This document shows positions 1-9,238 of a DNA stretch of 64,000 nt, in pieces. The notes beneath the pieces were generated by a model. That model did not search any database, had not been told where the DNA came from, and worked only from the letters and a program-made list of their open reading frames with translations. Every line of letters starts with the position of its first letter. Within the stretch, counting starts at the first letter, position 1. A program made the translations under genes and the position numbers. The stretch is from Polyangiaceae bacterium (GTDB taxonomy: Bacteria; Myxococcota_A; Polyangia; Polyangiales; Polyangiaceae): assembly GCA_044376115.1 (NCBI GenBank), contig JBILLK010000038.1:1-64000 (forward strand). The letters are read 5' to 3'.

Positions 1-65
1 GCTACAGGCTCAAACAGAAGAAGCGCGCAGGGCTGGTCAACGCCGGCTCAGATCAGGCAAGATAG
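1..65 (+). CDS. istB: IS21 helper ATPase IstB, C-terminal 20 residues (partial, runs off window)
   Basis: YRLKQKKRAG matches the (S)YRLK-x-K-x-K/R-AG end motif of IstB; TAG at 63-65. Confidence 0.7.
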   Translation, partial: YRLKQKKRAGLVNAGSDQAR

Positions 66-126
66 TCAAACCCGAGGGGGTCAGTTTTACGGGCGCAAAG
101 GGGTCAAGAATTCGAGGCGCCTGACA
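1..126 (+). mobile_element. Right end of an IS21-family insertion sequence (istB 3' end plus terminal repeats)
   Basis: Frame 3 reads YRLKQKKRAGLVNAGSDQAR* (typical IstB C-terminus). It is followed by two GGGGTCA sub-terminal repeats and ends ...GGCGCCTGACA at 126, resembling IS21 right ends that finish in CA. Confidence 0.75.
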
Positions 127-365
127 GTTGAGAGGGTCCTGGAGACACGACTGTCTCTTTTTGAGCCATTCAACAGGGTCACGGAGAGGCGGAAAGTCGT
201 TGGGACCCTGTTGAGAGGGTCCTGGAGAGGTGCGACCTCCCGCGGGACCGTGACCTCAGGGGGCGCGCTTGACCGGGTGCCTAGGTGACACTGTCCGGGT
301 GCTTCGGTGACACTGTCCAGGACCCTGGGAACACGCTCCGGGATGGTCGGAGACATAATCCGGGT
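127..365. repeat. Degenerate repeat tract: 19-bp direct repeat plus ~22-bp tandem units
   Basis: GTTGAGAGGGTCCTGGAGA at 127 and 210; AGGGTC at 133/175/216; GGTGACACTGTCC at 284 and 306; CCRGG at 273/295/317/338/360. Confidence 0.7.
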
Positions 366-367
366 GG

Positions 368-1501
368 ATGCCGTCATGGACCGGGTGGGTCCGTGACGTC
401 GCCGCAATCCGATTCCTGTACAACCAGCGTGTGGCGTATGGCGTTCCCGAGGGGCTAGCTCGAGTCGTTGCTGAGGTTCGCCTCGGGAGAACGCCCCGAG
501 TGGTGGTGCGGGACTTGCTGCGCTGGTTTAGCTTCGAGCGGCGAGGCGCCAAGGTGAATGCCTACATCCTCGGCGTGCTTCAGCAGGAGGGCCTAACGTG
601 TTCGCCGGCGTTGGACGCGGCGTACCCCGATGGGGAGCTCACCTTTGCTTCCGTGGTTCCGCTTGTTGTCGTCGCTCCTGCACCGCGAGCATCCACCCGC
701 GACCAACCGTACCCGATCGCCGTGTTTAGCTCGATCGCGGCAGCGCAGTCCGACCTCAGGAACCGCGTTGTCACTCGTCTCGATGCGCTCGAGCGTCTCG
801 TCGCCTATCTCGTGTTCGCTGAGCTGGCGTCCATCCGCGCGGGCGCGGGCAATACTTACCGGGCTCCGGTCACAGTCCTCCTCCGCCCGCTACTGCCCAC
901 GCACGACGCAGCTGCTGCTGCGCCGCTGTCATTCGGCAAGTGGGTGGAGTTGGCGCGGAAGCTTGCTCCGCTCGTTCCCGAGACCCATGACTCGATCCAT
1001 CAATCAGCCCTAGCGTTCGCCGGCGAGGTCGGGAGTCGAGTGGCGACGATTGCGGTCCCGCGCCGCAACAAGCTGGCGCACGGCTCCAACGCAGACGAGG
1101 AGTGGTTCTCCGAGACGGAATCGATTCTCGAGCATTTGGGCGACGATCTCAGGGAGGCGCTCGCGCCGCTGCTGGATTGTGAGCTCGTGTCGACAAGCAA
1201 AGTGCGCCCCGGCGAGCGAGAGAACTACCTATACGAGCTGCGTGTCCTTCACGGAACGGACACGTTCTTTCGCAGACGGTCGCTGGAGACATCGGTCAAG
1301 CTCACGCCTGGGTGGGCGCATCTGGTAACGCCCGATGGGTCATTCCTGCGCCTCAGCCCCGGAATTGCTGCGTTCGAGGACAAGGCGAATGAACAGGTAC
1401 GGCTGTTCCTCGCGCGCAGTCTCGCGCTCGACGCTGGCGCTTGGATCAAGCTGCAAGCGATTCTCGGGGGCGAGCAAAGAAACGAACGCCTCCCTCTTTG
1501 A
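368..1501 (+). CDS. Hypothetical protein with a HEPN-like RxxxxH motif
   Basis: 377-aa ORF; helical region with SFGKW...RNKLAHG; ends just before the helicase gene. Confidence 0.65.
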   Translation: MPSWTGWVRDVAAIRFLYNQRVAYGVPEGLARVVAEVRLGRTPRVVVRDLLRWFSFERRGAKVNAYILGVLQQEGLTCSPALDAAYPDGELTFASVVPLVVVAPAPRASTRDQPYPIAVFSSIAAAQSDLRNRVVTRLDALERLVAYLVFAELASIRAGAGNTYRAPVTVLLRPLLPTHDAAAAAPLSFGKWVELARKLAPLVPETHDSIHQSALAFAGEVGSRVATIAVPRRNKLAHGSNADEEWFSETESILEHLGDDLREALAPLLDCELVSTSKVRPGERENYLYELRVLHGTDTFFRRRSLETSVKLTPGWAHLVTPDGSFLRLSPGIAAFEDKANEQVRLFLARSLALDAGAWIKLQAILGGEQRNERLPL

Positions 1502-1504
1502 TTT

Positions 1505-4192
1505 TTGTCAGATGCGGAGCGCCGCGTGCGTGCGACCACTATGAAAGAAGAAGCTCTCGGCACCAACCGGTTCGTTCGCGAATACGACCTCGACGTGGCT
1601 CGGCGATACGCGAACTCTGCCCGCTCACCGCAAGCGCACCAAGAGCAAGGTCTGCGCAAGATCCACGAGTGGTTCGAAAAACCGTCGACCGACATGGGGC
1701 GTGGAGCGCTCTTGGTGCTGCCCACCGGCGGAGGGAAGACGTTCACCGCGGTCCGCTTCCTATGCGAGTGGCCACTCTCCGCGGGCTACAAGGTTCTTTG
1801 GCTGGCACATACCCACCACCTTCTCGAACAGGCGTTCGACACCTTCGGGCCGTCGACGTACTCCCAGGATGCCAAGGTCGAGGTATCGAAGATCCGTGAG
1901 CCGCGAGAAAAGCTACGCGTCCGTGTGGTCTCCGGCATGCCTGGTCACGCGAAAGTCGCCAGCATCTCACCCAGCGACGACGTGGTCATCGGATCGCTTC
2001 AGACGATCGCCGGAGCGCACCGAGACGATCACGAGAGTTTGCTCACGTTTCTTCGCTCGGCGGGCGAAAAGCTAGTCGTCGTTTTCGACGAAGCGCACCA
2101 CGCGCCGGCGCCCACCTACGCGCGGTTCGTCGAGGCCCTTCGTGTAAAGGTCCCCACGGTCCACCTCCTCGGGCTCACGGCAACCCCGGTTTACGAGGCC
2201 AAGCTCCGCAAGGGCTGGTTGAAGAAGCTTTTCCCGCAGGGAATCGCATATCAAACCAGCGCTAACACGCTGATGGCCGCCAAAGTCCTGGCCCGTCCCA
2301 TCGTGAAGCAGTGTGCGACCCACATCGCGGCCGAGGTTGACGAGCGCAGGCTGGCGCGCTGGCGCGAGAGCTACTCCGACTTGCCAGAGGACATCGTCAC
2401 TGGTCTTGCAGAGAACCAAGCGCGAAACGACGTGATCGTGCAGCATTACGCCGAGAATCGGGCGAAGTATGGGAAGACCCTCATCTTCGCGGATCGTTGG
2501 TCGCAGTGCGACTATCTGGCCACGTCGTTGAGGAAGCACGGCATTCGCGCCGACGTCGTCTACTCCAAGGTCGACGCGAAGGGCCAAACCATCGACGAGC
2601 GCAACCGACGGACAGCGGATGACAACACGAAGGCGATTCGCGCGTTCAAGAGCGGTGAGATCGAGGTGCTGGTCAACGTTCGTATGCTGACCGAGGGGAC
2701 CGACGTTCCGAGCATTCAGAGCGTCTTTCTCACGCGCCAGACGACGAGCAAGGTGCTGCTCACGCAGATGGTCGGTCGAGCGCTCCGGGGCACTGCCTCG
2801 GGTGGTACCGAGCACGCTTACATCGTGTCGTTCATTGACGATTGGAAGCAGCGCGTGAACTGGGCTGAGTTCAATCTCGACGACGGAGCAACCGCGGATG
2901 ACGACAGCGAAGCAAGAGCGCGTCTGCCGATTCAATTGATCTCGATCGAGCTGGTCCGTCGGCTCGCGCGAGAAATGTACGAGCCGTCAACTGGGCGCGG
3001 CGTGCCGTTCCTCGAGACGCTACCGGTCGGCTGGTATCGGACTGAGTTCGATACCCTCGTCAAGGACACGGAAGACGAGGTGGTGCATCTCACCTGCCCG
3101 GTGCTCGTCTATGACCGTGATCAAGCGGGATTCCAACGGCTGCTCGACCGCTTGGCTAAGGAGGACCTTTCGGCGTTCATTGAGCCGTCCGTCTCCTTGG
3201 ACCGGACGCGTGACCGGATCGACGCCTGGGCAGCATCGTGCTTCCCAGACAACACCCAAGGAATGGGCACCGATCTAGCCACCGAGATATTCCACCTCGC
3301 CCGTCACGTCGCGCAGGCGGAAGACAACCCCAGGTTCATTCCCTTCGAGGGGCGATCCGCCCACGACCTAGACCTGCTTGCGAAAGACGCCGTCGCACGC
3401 AATGTGGGGCTTCGGGACATCCCGCTGATCGTTCACGCAGAATACCGCCGCCAGGATCGGCTCTGGCCCGCGCTCTACGGAAGCGTGGAGCTTTTCAGGA
3501 GGCAGTTCAGTCTCGCGGTAGAGCGTGCTTCAGCCGAGGCGGAAGCGCCCGGCCCACACCTCGGAGCCCGACTCGCCACGGAGCCGGAGCGATACGAAGC
3601 GCGAGAACCACCCCAAGAGATGAAGCACAACGTCAAGGAACGGGATGGGTGGAAGTGCCTGTGTTGCGGCGCCGCCGATAAGAAGTTCCTCGAGGTCGAC
3701 CACATTGTTCCAGTCCACCAGGGGGGCAAGAACGAGATGGAGAATCTCCAGACGTTGTGTAAGCCGTGCAATGGCGACAAGGGGGTGAACAGGTACAGCT
3801 TCCGCCGCGTAGCCACGGGGCTGCAGCAGGCGCACCACGAGTTTGAGCCCCGCAGACTGCCGAGACAACCAGGTGATCGCGAACAGTGGGAGCGGTGCGT
3901 TCGGGCAACGCTGAATCACTATTTCCGCTGCTCAGCCGTGAGCCGAGTCGACATCGGTGGCCGTGGTGTTCGCTTTTACGAGTGGCTCATCAAGCTCAAC
4001 GCGCACAACGATCCTCGACTTCTCGAAGGGCACCTCGCAAGCCTGTTGGCACGGATTCAGGAGAAGCGCAGCCAGGGGAACTTCGCGGGCCCCGACGCTA
4101 TAGTCGTCGAAGGCTCCGATGCACGCGGCGACGCTTGGTCAACCAGCGTGAGGACCGGCAAGCCGGCGCTGTCGCAGCCACGCACGGTCTGA
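1505..4192 (+). CDS. SF2 (DEAH/ResIII-like) helicase fused to an HNH endonuclease; start may be ATG at 1541
   Basis: LPTGGGKT, DEAH, TATP, TEGTD, QMVGRALR; HNH segment CLCC...EVDHIVP...GGKN...NLQTLCKPCN. Confidence 0.9.
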   Translation: MSDAERRVRATTMKEEALGTNRFVREYDLDVARRYANSARSPQAHQEQGLRKIHEWFEKPSTDMGRGALLVLPTGGGKTFTAVRFLCEWPLSAGYKVLWLAHTHHLLEQAFDTFGPSTYSQDAKVEVSKIREPREKLRVRVVSGMPGHAKVASISPSDDVVIGSLQTIAGAHRDDHESLLTFLRSAGEKLVVVFDEAHHAPAPTYARFVEALRVKVPTVHLLGLTATPVYEAKLRKGWLKKLFPQGIAYQTSANTLMAAKVLARPIVKQCATHIAAEVDERRLARWRESYSDLPEDIVTGLAENQARNDVIVQHYAENRAKYGKTLIFADRWSQCDYLATSLRKHGIRADVVYSKVDAKGQTIDERNRRTADDNTKAIRAFKSGEIEVLVNVRMLTEGTDVPSIQSVFLTRQTTSKVLLTQMVGRALRGTASGGTEHAYIVSFIDDWKQRVNWAEFNLDDGATADDDSEARARLPIQLISIELVRRLAREMYEPSTGRGVPFLETLPVGWYRTEFDTLVKDTEDEVVHLTCPVLVYDRDQAGFQRLLDRLAKEDLSAFIEPSVSLDRTRDRIDAWAASCFPDNTQGMGTDLATEIFHLARHVAQAEDNPRFIPFEGRSAHDLDLLAKDAVARNVGLRDIPLIVHAEYRRQDRLWPALYGSVELFRRQFSLAVERASAEAEAPGPHLGARLATEPERYEAREPPQEMKHNVKERDGWKCLCCGAADKKFLEVDHIVPVHQGGKNEMENLQTLCKPCNGDKGVNRYSFRRVATGLQQAHHEFEPRRLPRQPGDREQWERCVRATLNHYFRCSAVSRVDIGGRGVRFYEWLIKLNAHNDPRLLEGHLASLLARIQEKRSQGNFAGPDAIVVEGSDARGDAWSTSVRTGKPALSQPRTV

Positions 4193-4300
4193 CCGCGTGG
4201 CCATGCTGACGAGCGCGTCCCAAGGCTCTTCGACATGGCATCCGCGTACCCTGGCATGATCTCAGCCTGATTCGGCCGACCCGCGGCCTCGCGCATTTCG

Positions 4301-4942
4301 ATGTCAGAAGGTTCACGCGTCGCGCGTGCAACCGACATGAAGACGCTCCCCGCCCGCCTATCGCATCTCCCGGCCAAGCCGCTAGCTCAGCTCGCATCCG
4401 TGTCGACCAACGCTCGGCAACGACTCCTCCCGCCCGTCAACGACAAACCAACGTTCACCGCCATCGACTTCGAGACGGCCAATTACTTTCGAGACAGTGC
4501 TTGCGCAGTTGGCTTGGTCCGGGTGGAGCGCGGGCGAATCGTGCGACGCGCGTATCACCTCATCCGACCAGCCTCACGCCGCTTCACGTTCACCGGATTG
4601 CACGGGATCGATTGGTCGACGGTCGCGAACGAGAGGTCGTTCGGCGAGCTTTGGCCTCATATCGGCTCGTACTTCGCTGGCATCGACTTCCTTGCAGCGC
4701 ACAACGCGCCGTTCGACAAGAGCGTGCTCCTCTCCACCTGCGCGCTGTATGGGATTGAACCGCCTCCCCTGCAGTTCAAGTGCACCCTGCGCATCGCACG
4801 CGCTTCGTGGGCATTGCCTCGCGCGACGCTCCGTCACGTCGCGGACCATCTTGGACTGCGACTCAACCATCATCATGCTGGATCGGATGCCGAGACTTGC
4901 GCGCGCATCGTACTCCGTGCGCTCGCGACGGAAGGATCTTGA
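4301..4942 (+). CDS. DEDDh 3'-5' exonuclease (DnaQ-like); start uncertain
   Basis: IDFETAN (ExoI), AHNAPFD (ExoII), HHAGSDA (ExoIII). Confidence 0.9.
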   Translation: MSEGSRVARATDMKTLPARLSHLPAKPLAQLASVSTNARQRLLPPVNDKPTFTAIDFETANYFRDSACAVGLVRVERGRIVRRAYHLIRPASRRFTFTGLHGIDWSTVANERSFGELWPHIGSYFAGIDFLAAHNAPFDKSVLLSTCALYGIEPPPLQFKCTLRIARASWALPRATLRHVADHLGLRLNHHHAGSDAETCARIVLRALATEGS

Positions 4943-4979
4943 GAGCAGGAGGAGCCCCTGCCGCGCTAGGCTGCGCGGG

Positions 4980-6368
4980 ATGAACGAACATGGGGGCATG
5001 CCGCCGGAGGCCGCATCGTACGTGAAGCGCATCAAGGCCGCCTGCAACGACATGCTGGCTATCGAGGAGGAAGTCCAGGCACTCGAGCATCGAATCATCC
5101 ACCGCGATATTGCTGCAATCCATCTGGGTGTTCGCAGGATCGCGGAGGCACTTCTTCAACACGCGTGCAACGCCGAGACAGCTGTTGTGCCGGACATTCC
5201 GACGCTGGCGCCACTCGCCCAAGGGCTCCGCGAGAAGGCGAAGGACCGCCTGTCGCCCGAGTTCTGGCGACACCTAAACGACGTGATCGTCAAGAAGTGC
5301 AACGCGAACGCGCACTTTCGCGGCAATGACGTTTACGCGCCAGGGTTGCGCAGGCACAACGCCGCGGATGAGATCGTCCAGGTATTGATCGCGTTGGCGG
5401 TGGTTGCAGAGGAGTTCATTCAGCACTGGCCGGCGCCAGTTACGACCACCGCCAGCCCAGCCCCAACGCCCGATGAGCCGCCTCAAGAAGGTGCCGCGGT
5501 TCCAACACACGCTACGGCGGCAAGTCCGGCGGCGGGCGGCAACGAACCGCCGCGCGCTCCAATTGAAGAGCAGCGTCGATACGGAGATCTTAACGTGGCC
5601 GAAGCCCGCGACAATCAGTACCTCCGTGACTGGCTGGTCCGACACAGCGGCATGCAGCAACGAGGGGTCACTCGTCGGCTGAACAACGAGCACGGGCGGA
5701 GAAAGCTCCGCAACGTATTTGATATGGCGTTTCGAGACGCAGACATGGCGGGCGCTAACATCCAGCCCGATGATGAAGCGGCAGGCCGCTTCCCCATCGG
5801 GACCGCGGTCTGGGCCGACTTTGATGGCGAAATCTGGAAGGCAGAAGTCCGGGTCGCGACTCAACTCGAGGCCTGTTTGTACTTCCCGGCCGACGACTCC
5901 GAGGCGGATCTTCCCTGGGAGCAGATCTTCGCGACCGAGGAGGAAGCGGTGGCATCTTTGAAGACTTCCACGCAGCCTGCCACGGCGAAGCATGCACGTA
6001 GGCCTGCCGAGAAGCTTCCGGGAGAACTCGACTACGTGGCAATTGGGCGTCTCACCGTATCGCAGGCGCGGGAACTGGATGTGGCCGACGACATTGCAAA
6101 GATCACTGGATATGCCCCAGGGACAGTGCGGAACAAGCTCCGTGATCTTCACGGCGCAAGCGTCATTCATCGCCAATTCCCGTGGTTTGACGAGAACGTC
6201 GTCGGGTCGATGACCGCGAGCACGGCGCTACGCTATGACCTGCCTTCGTTCCTGGCCGTTGCCTTTAGCGAGGGCCGGGCAAGCATCAAGCGAAAGCTCG
6301 GAAGCGTACCGGGGCAGACGAAGCTGAGGACACTGTTCCCGCAGCTTGATGATGCCCCCGGCCAGTGA
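4980..6368 (+). CDS. Multidomain hypothetical protein: helical DUF4145/HEPN-like N-terminus, Pro/Ala linker, Tudor-like domain, three ~50-aa repeats
   Basis: ATG at 4980 avoids overlap with the exonuclease; RRIAEALL...CNANAH; FPIGTAVWADFDGEIWKAEV...YFPADDSE; repeated G-x-L/M-T/N-V/A...K-L-R-x-x-F units. Confidence 0.65.
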   Translation: MNEHGGMPPEAASYVKRIKAACNDMLAIEEEVQALEHRIIHRDIAAIHLGVRRIAEALLQHACNAETAVVPDIPTLAPLAQGLREKAKDRLSPEFWRHLNDVIVKKCNANAHFRGNDVYAPGLRRHNAADEIVQVLIALAVVAEEFIQHWPAPVTTTASPAPTPDEPPQEGAAVPTHATAASPAAGGNEPPRAPIEEQRRYGDLNVAEARDNQYLRDWLVRHSGMQQRGVTRRLNNEHGRRKLRNVFDMAFRDADMAGANIQPDDEAAGRFPIGTAVWADFDGEIWKAEVRVATQLEACLYFPADDSEADLPWEQIFATEEEAVASLKTSTQPATAKHARRPAEKLPGELDYVAIGRLTVSQARELDVADDIAKITGYAPGTVRNKLRDLHGASVIHRQFPWFDENVVGSMTASTALRYDLPSFLAVAFSEGRASIKRKLGSVPGQTKLRTLFPQLDDAPGQ

Positions 6369-6369
6369 G

Positions 6370-6609
6370 CGACGGTTCTTCGTCTCGACGATGTGCGGTG
6401 AGATCACCCACCCTCCCCTGCGTGCGACCTTCGATCCGGTATCACGCTGCCAAATCGCCTTTGGCATTGCACGGCGCTTCATCGGCGACGCGAACGAGCT
6501 GCTCGAGGAGCTGCGCGCGGCTGGCTTCGAGATCGTTCGTTGGGAGATTCGCGAGCGGGAGAGCGCGGAGGATCAAGACCACTTGTGGGCGTTGACGGCC
6601 AAGCGTTAG
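6370..6609 (+). pseudogene. Probable 3' remnant of a class I SAM-dependent methyltransferase
   Basis: RFFVSTMCG...ELLEELRAAGFEIVRW...LWALTAKR* resembles methyltransferase C-termini; no SAM-binding N-terminal half is present. Confidence 0.5.
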
Positions 6610-7379
6610 CGCAGACTCGCGAGCTCCACCAAGCCAGGCACTGCGTCTGCACTCGCACGGAGCCGAGGCTTCGGCCGAACGGCGACGGGTACCTCCGCCT
6701 CGCGCAACATGGCGGTGTCGAAGTAGTTGTCGCCAAACGCAGCGAGCAGCGCTTGGTCGGGGGCGTACTGGCGCAGGCCGTGGACCTTTCCGGGGCCGAA
6801 CGGCAGCGGCTCGCGCAGGCCCGCGACCATCACGTCGTTCTCGAACGCAGCAGTGGCCGCGATCACATGGCTTGCGTCGATGCCCAACGCCAGCACCGCC
6901 TGTTCGACGATCGCGCGGGGTGAGGCGCTGACGACGTACACCGCGATGCCGAGCTGCTGCAACGCGCGAAGAACCTGAATCGACTCACGGTGGAAACGTT
7001 GCGAGATCGCCGCGCTCGCGAGGACCTCCTGCACGAAGGACTTCACCTGGGGCTCGGTGCGACCGGCGAGAGCCCAGGCAACGACCTCCACCACGCGCTC
7101 CTCGCTGACGATCTCGCGGGCTTGGGCCCTCGCGATCGACTTGGCGAGCTCGATCGGCGAGCCGCTGGCATCGAGCCCAGCCTCACTGGCCACCCGCGCG
7201 AGCGCGCTGTGCGCCGCAGGAAGAAAGGCATCGCGCTCGATCATGGCGTGCCACAGGTCGTCGCCGACGTCGCCGCTCCACAGCGTGCCATCCGCATCGA
7301 ACGCCACGCAACCGCCGCCGAGCGCGTCGCGGCGCGACAGGATGCGCCCTACCACTTCGTCTACCGACTCGATCTTCAC
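6606..7379 (-). CDS. HAD-superfamily (IB-like) hydrolase/phosphatase
   Basis: FDADGTLW, VVSAS, GK, AFGDNYFD motifs I-IV. Confidence 0.9.
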   Translation of the reverse strand: MKIESVDEVVGRILSRRDALGGGCVAFDADGTLWSGDVGDDLWHAMIERDAFLPAAHSALARVASEAGLDASGSPIELAKSIARAQAREIVSEERVVEVVAWALAGRTEPQVKSFVQEVLASAAISQRFHRESIQVLRALQQLGIAVYVVSASPRAIVEQAVLALGIDASHVIAATAAFENDVMVAGLREPLPFGPGKVHGLRQYAPDQALLAAFGDNYFDTAMLREAEVPVAVRPKPRLRASADAVPGLVELASLR

Positions 7380-7487
7380 CGATCGACTCTAGCTGGCCGT
7401 TGGTTACGTTCGTCGAGCGCGAGCGTAACGTTCACGTGAAGCTCGTGCCACGCGGTCGTCACTGAGAGGGCGCTAGCATGCGCGGCG

Positions 7488-9092
7488 GTGCATACCGTCG
7501 TTCAACTCTCCGACCTGCATATGAGCCCGCAAGCATCGCCGGCCCAGGCCGCGCTCTACGATGCTCTGATCAGCGCGCTCCGGGCTCGCTTTGTTGCGGC
7601 CGGCCAGCGCGCCGACTTGTTGGTCTTTACAGGCGACATCTTCGACAGCGCGCGAGTCGACGTCGGGCTGGCGACGCGAGCCTTTCGCGCGCTACACGAG
7701 CGCATCTGCGACGCGATTGGCACAGCTGTTCCCACCGTGATTGTGCCGGGCAACCACGACCGGCGCCGGCGCGGCTTCGTCGGGCCGCATGACGGCAGAC
7801 TGTTCGAGGCCTTGCGTTCGGCGATGGGTACGCGGGCTTTCGTGCATGGTTGTGACACGCCGTTCCTCGCGGCCGTGGTACCGCGCGAATACCACAAGCT
7901 CCCGCTATCGCTGATCGCGTACGACTCGACGCATCTACCGCGCGGGCTGCTCAGCGCTGGCGGTGCCGTGCGGTCCGAGGACCTTCTGCAGACCGCCTCG
8001 CTGCTCGAGAAAGAACCGGGCAGCGAGCCGGTGTTGGTGCTGATGCACCATCACCTTGTTCCAACTCCGCTCACCGACGTCGGGTCGATCGAGCTGGACT
8101 CGGCGACGAGCGTACTGCGCTGGGTGGTGCGCAAGGTCTTGCCCTCGATCATTTCCAACGCCGACCGCGAGGAGCTCACCATGACCGCGCTCGGCTCAGG
8201 GACTGCGCTTTCGACGCTGCATGAGCTAGGCCGCGCCGTGCTCGTGCTGCACGGTCATAAGCACTATGCCACCGCGAGAATGCTTCGCGGCATGATCGAG
8301 AACCAAGGCGATGTGCTGATTGTTTCGGCGGGTAGCGCAGGGGTCGCTGAGCCCTGGCACCCGACGGCGATGAGCGATGCAGCCAAGCTCTGGCCATCGT
8401 TCAATGTTGTCGAGCTCGCCGACGGTGAACTCTCTGTGGAGACGCTCTCCTTCGGCTACAAAGGCCGCTCGACAGGGCGTTTCGGCCGTCGGAAGCTCGT
8501 GCACGCCCGCCAGCTCAATGCGGCGTGGCAAGTCTCTCCGGTCCCGCTCGAGCCGGTGGCCGCGGTCGGCCCGCGCCTCGCGCGCAACTATTCGCATTGT
8601 CGCGTGCAGCCGTCTTCGCAGCGCGACCGTCTGGACTACGAATGCCTGCGCGAGGTGGTTGCGCATGGCGCCTCACCGCGTCAGTACGGCGAAACCGTGG
8701 AGGGCGTTCCAGGCGCATCGCTAATTGCACGGGGCGGTGAAGGAGCGCGCGTCGCCCCGGCGCGCATCGAGCTCGCGTTGGGCGAATCGACGAGCTACCG
8801 GCTCACCGGGGGGCTTTGTCGAACGTTGGCCGAGAGCGAGCGAGTGTACGGCGCGTCTTCATCGCCTTACGAGTGGCTGGGCTTGATGAGCCGCTACGCC
8901 TGTGACGACGTGCGGCTGACAGTCGAGGGCCTGGGTTCCTTGGGCGAGCACGCCTTCGCGAGCGCAACCGATCTAGGAACGGGCATCGAGCAGCCGCTCC
9001 GGCTCGAGCGCGAGGACGACAAGCTCGTGGCCACCATTCGCAACTGCGCAGCCCGCACCCTGCTGCGGGTTTACTTCCCGCTAGCCCGCTAA
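7488..9092 (+). CDS. Calcineurin-like metallophosphoesterase with C-terminal extension
   Basis: DLH, TGD, PGNHD, MHHH, HGHKH. Confidence 0.9.
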   Translation: MHTVVQLSDLHMSPQASPAQAALYDALISALRARFVAAGQRADLLVFTGDIFDSARVDVGLATRAFRALHERICDAIGTAVPTVIVPGNHDRRRRGFVGPHDGRLFEALRSAMGTRAFVHGCDTPFLAAVVPREYHKLPLSLIAYDSTHLPRGLLSAGGAVRSEDLLQTASLLEKEPGSEPVLVLMHHHLVPTPLTDVGSIELDSATSVLRWVVRKVLPSIISNADREELTMTALGSGTALSTLHELGRAVLVLHGHKHYATARMLRGMIENQGDVLIVSAGSAGVAEPWHPTAMSDAAKLWPSFNVVELADGELSVETLSFGYKGRSTGRFGRRKLVHARQLNAAWQVSPVPLEPVAAVGPRLARNYSHCRVQPSSQRDRLDYECLREVVAHGASPRQYGETVEGVPGASLIARGGEGARVAPARIELALGESTSYRLTGGLCRTLAESERVYGASSSPYEWLGLMSRYACDDVRLTVEGLGSLGEHAFASATDLGTGIEQPLRLEREDDKLVATIRNCAARTLLRVYFPLAR

Positions 9093-9238
9093 CAGCGCGG
9101 CTCACCGCGGCGACCGGGCTCACTGCGAACGCAGCCCGCATGCTTGTTGCCGCGCAACGAAAGCAAGACCAAGGAGCGTTCGTGCGGTCTTCAAATCGAC
9201 GAAGCTCGATGCTCAGCCTCTTGTACTCAGATTCGACC

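Noticed and set aside
4497..4979. N-terminal extension of the 623-aa ORF
   Set aside because: It overlaps the well-supported exonuclease in another frame and has shadow-ORF composition.
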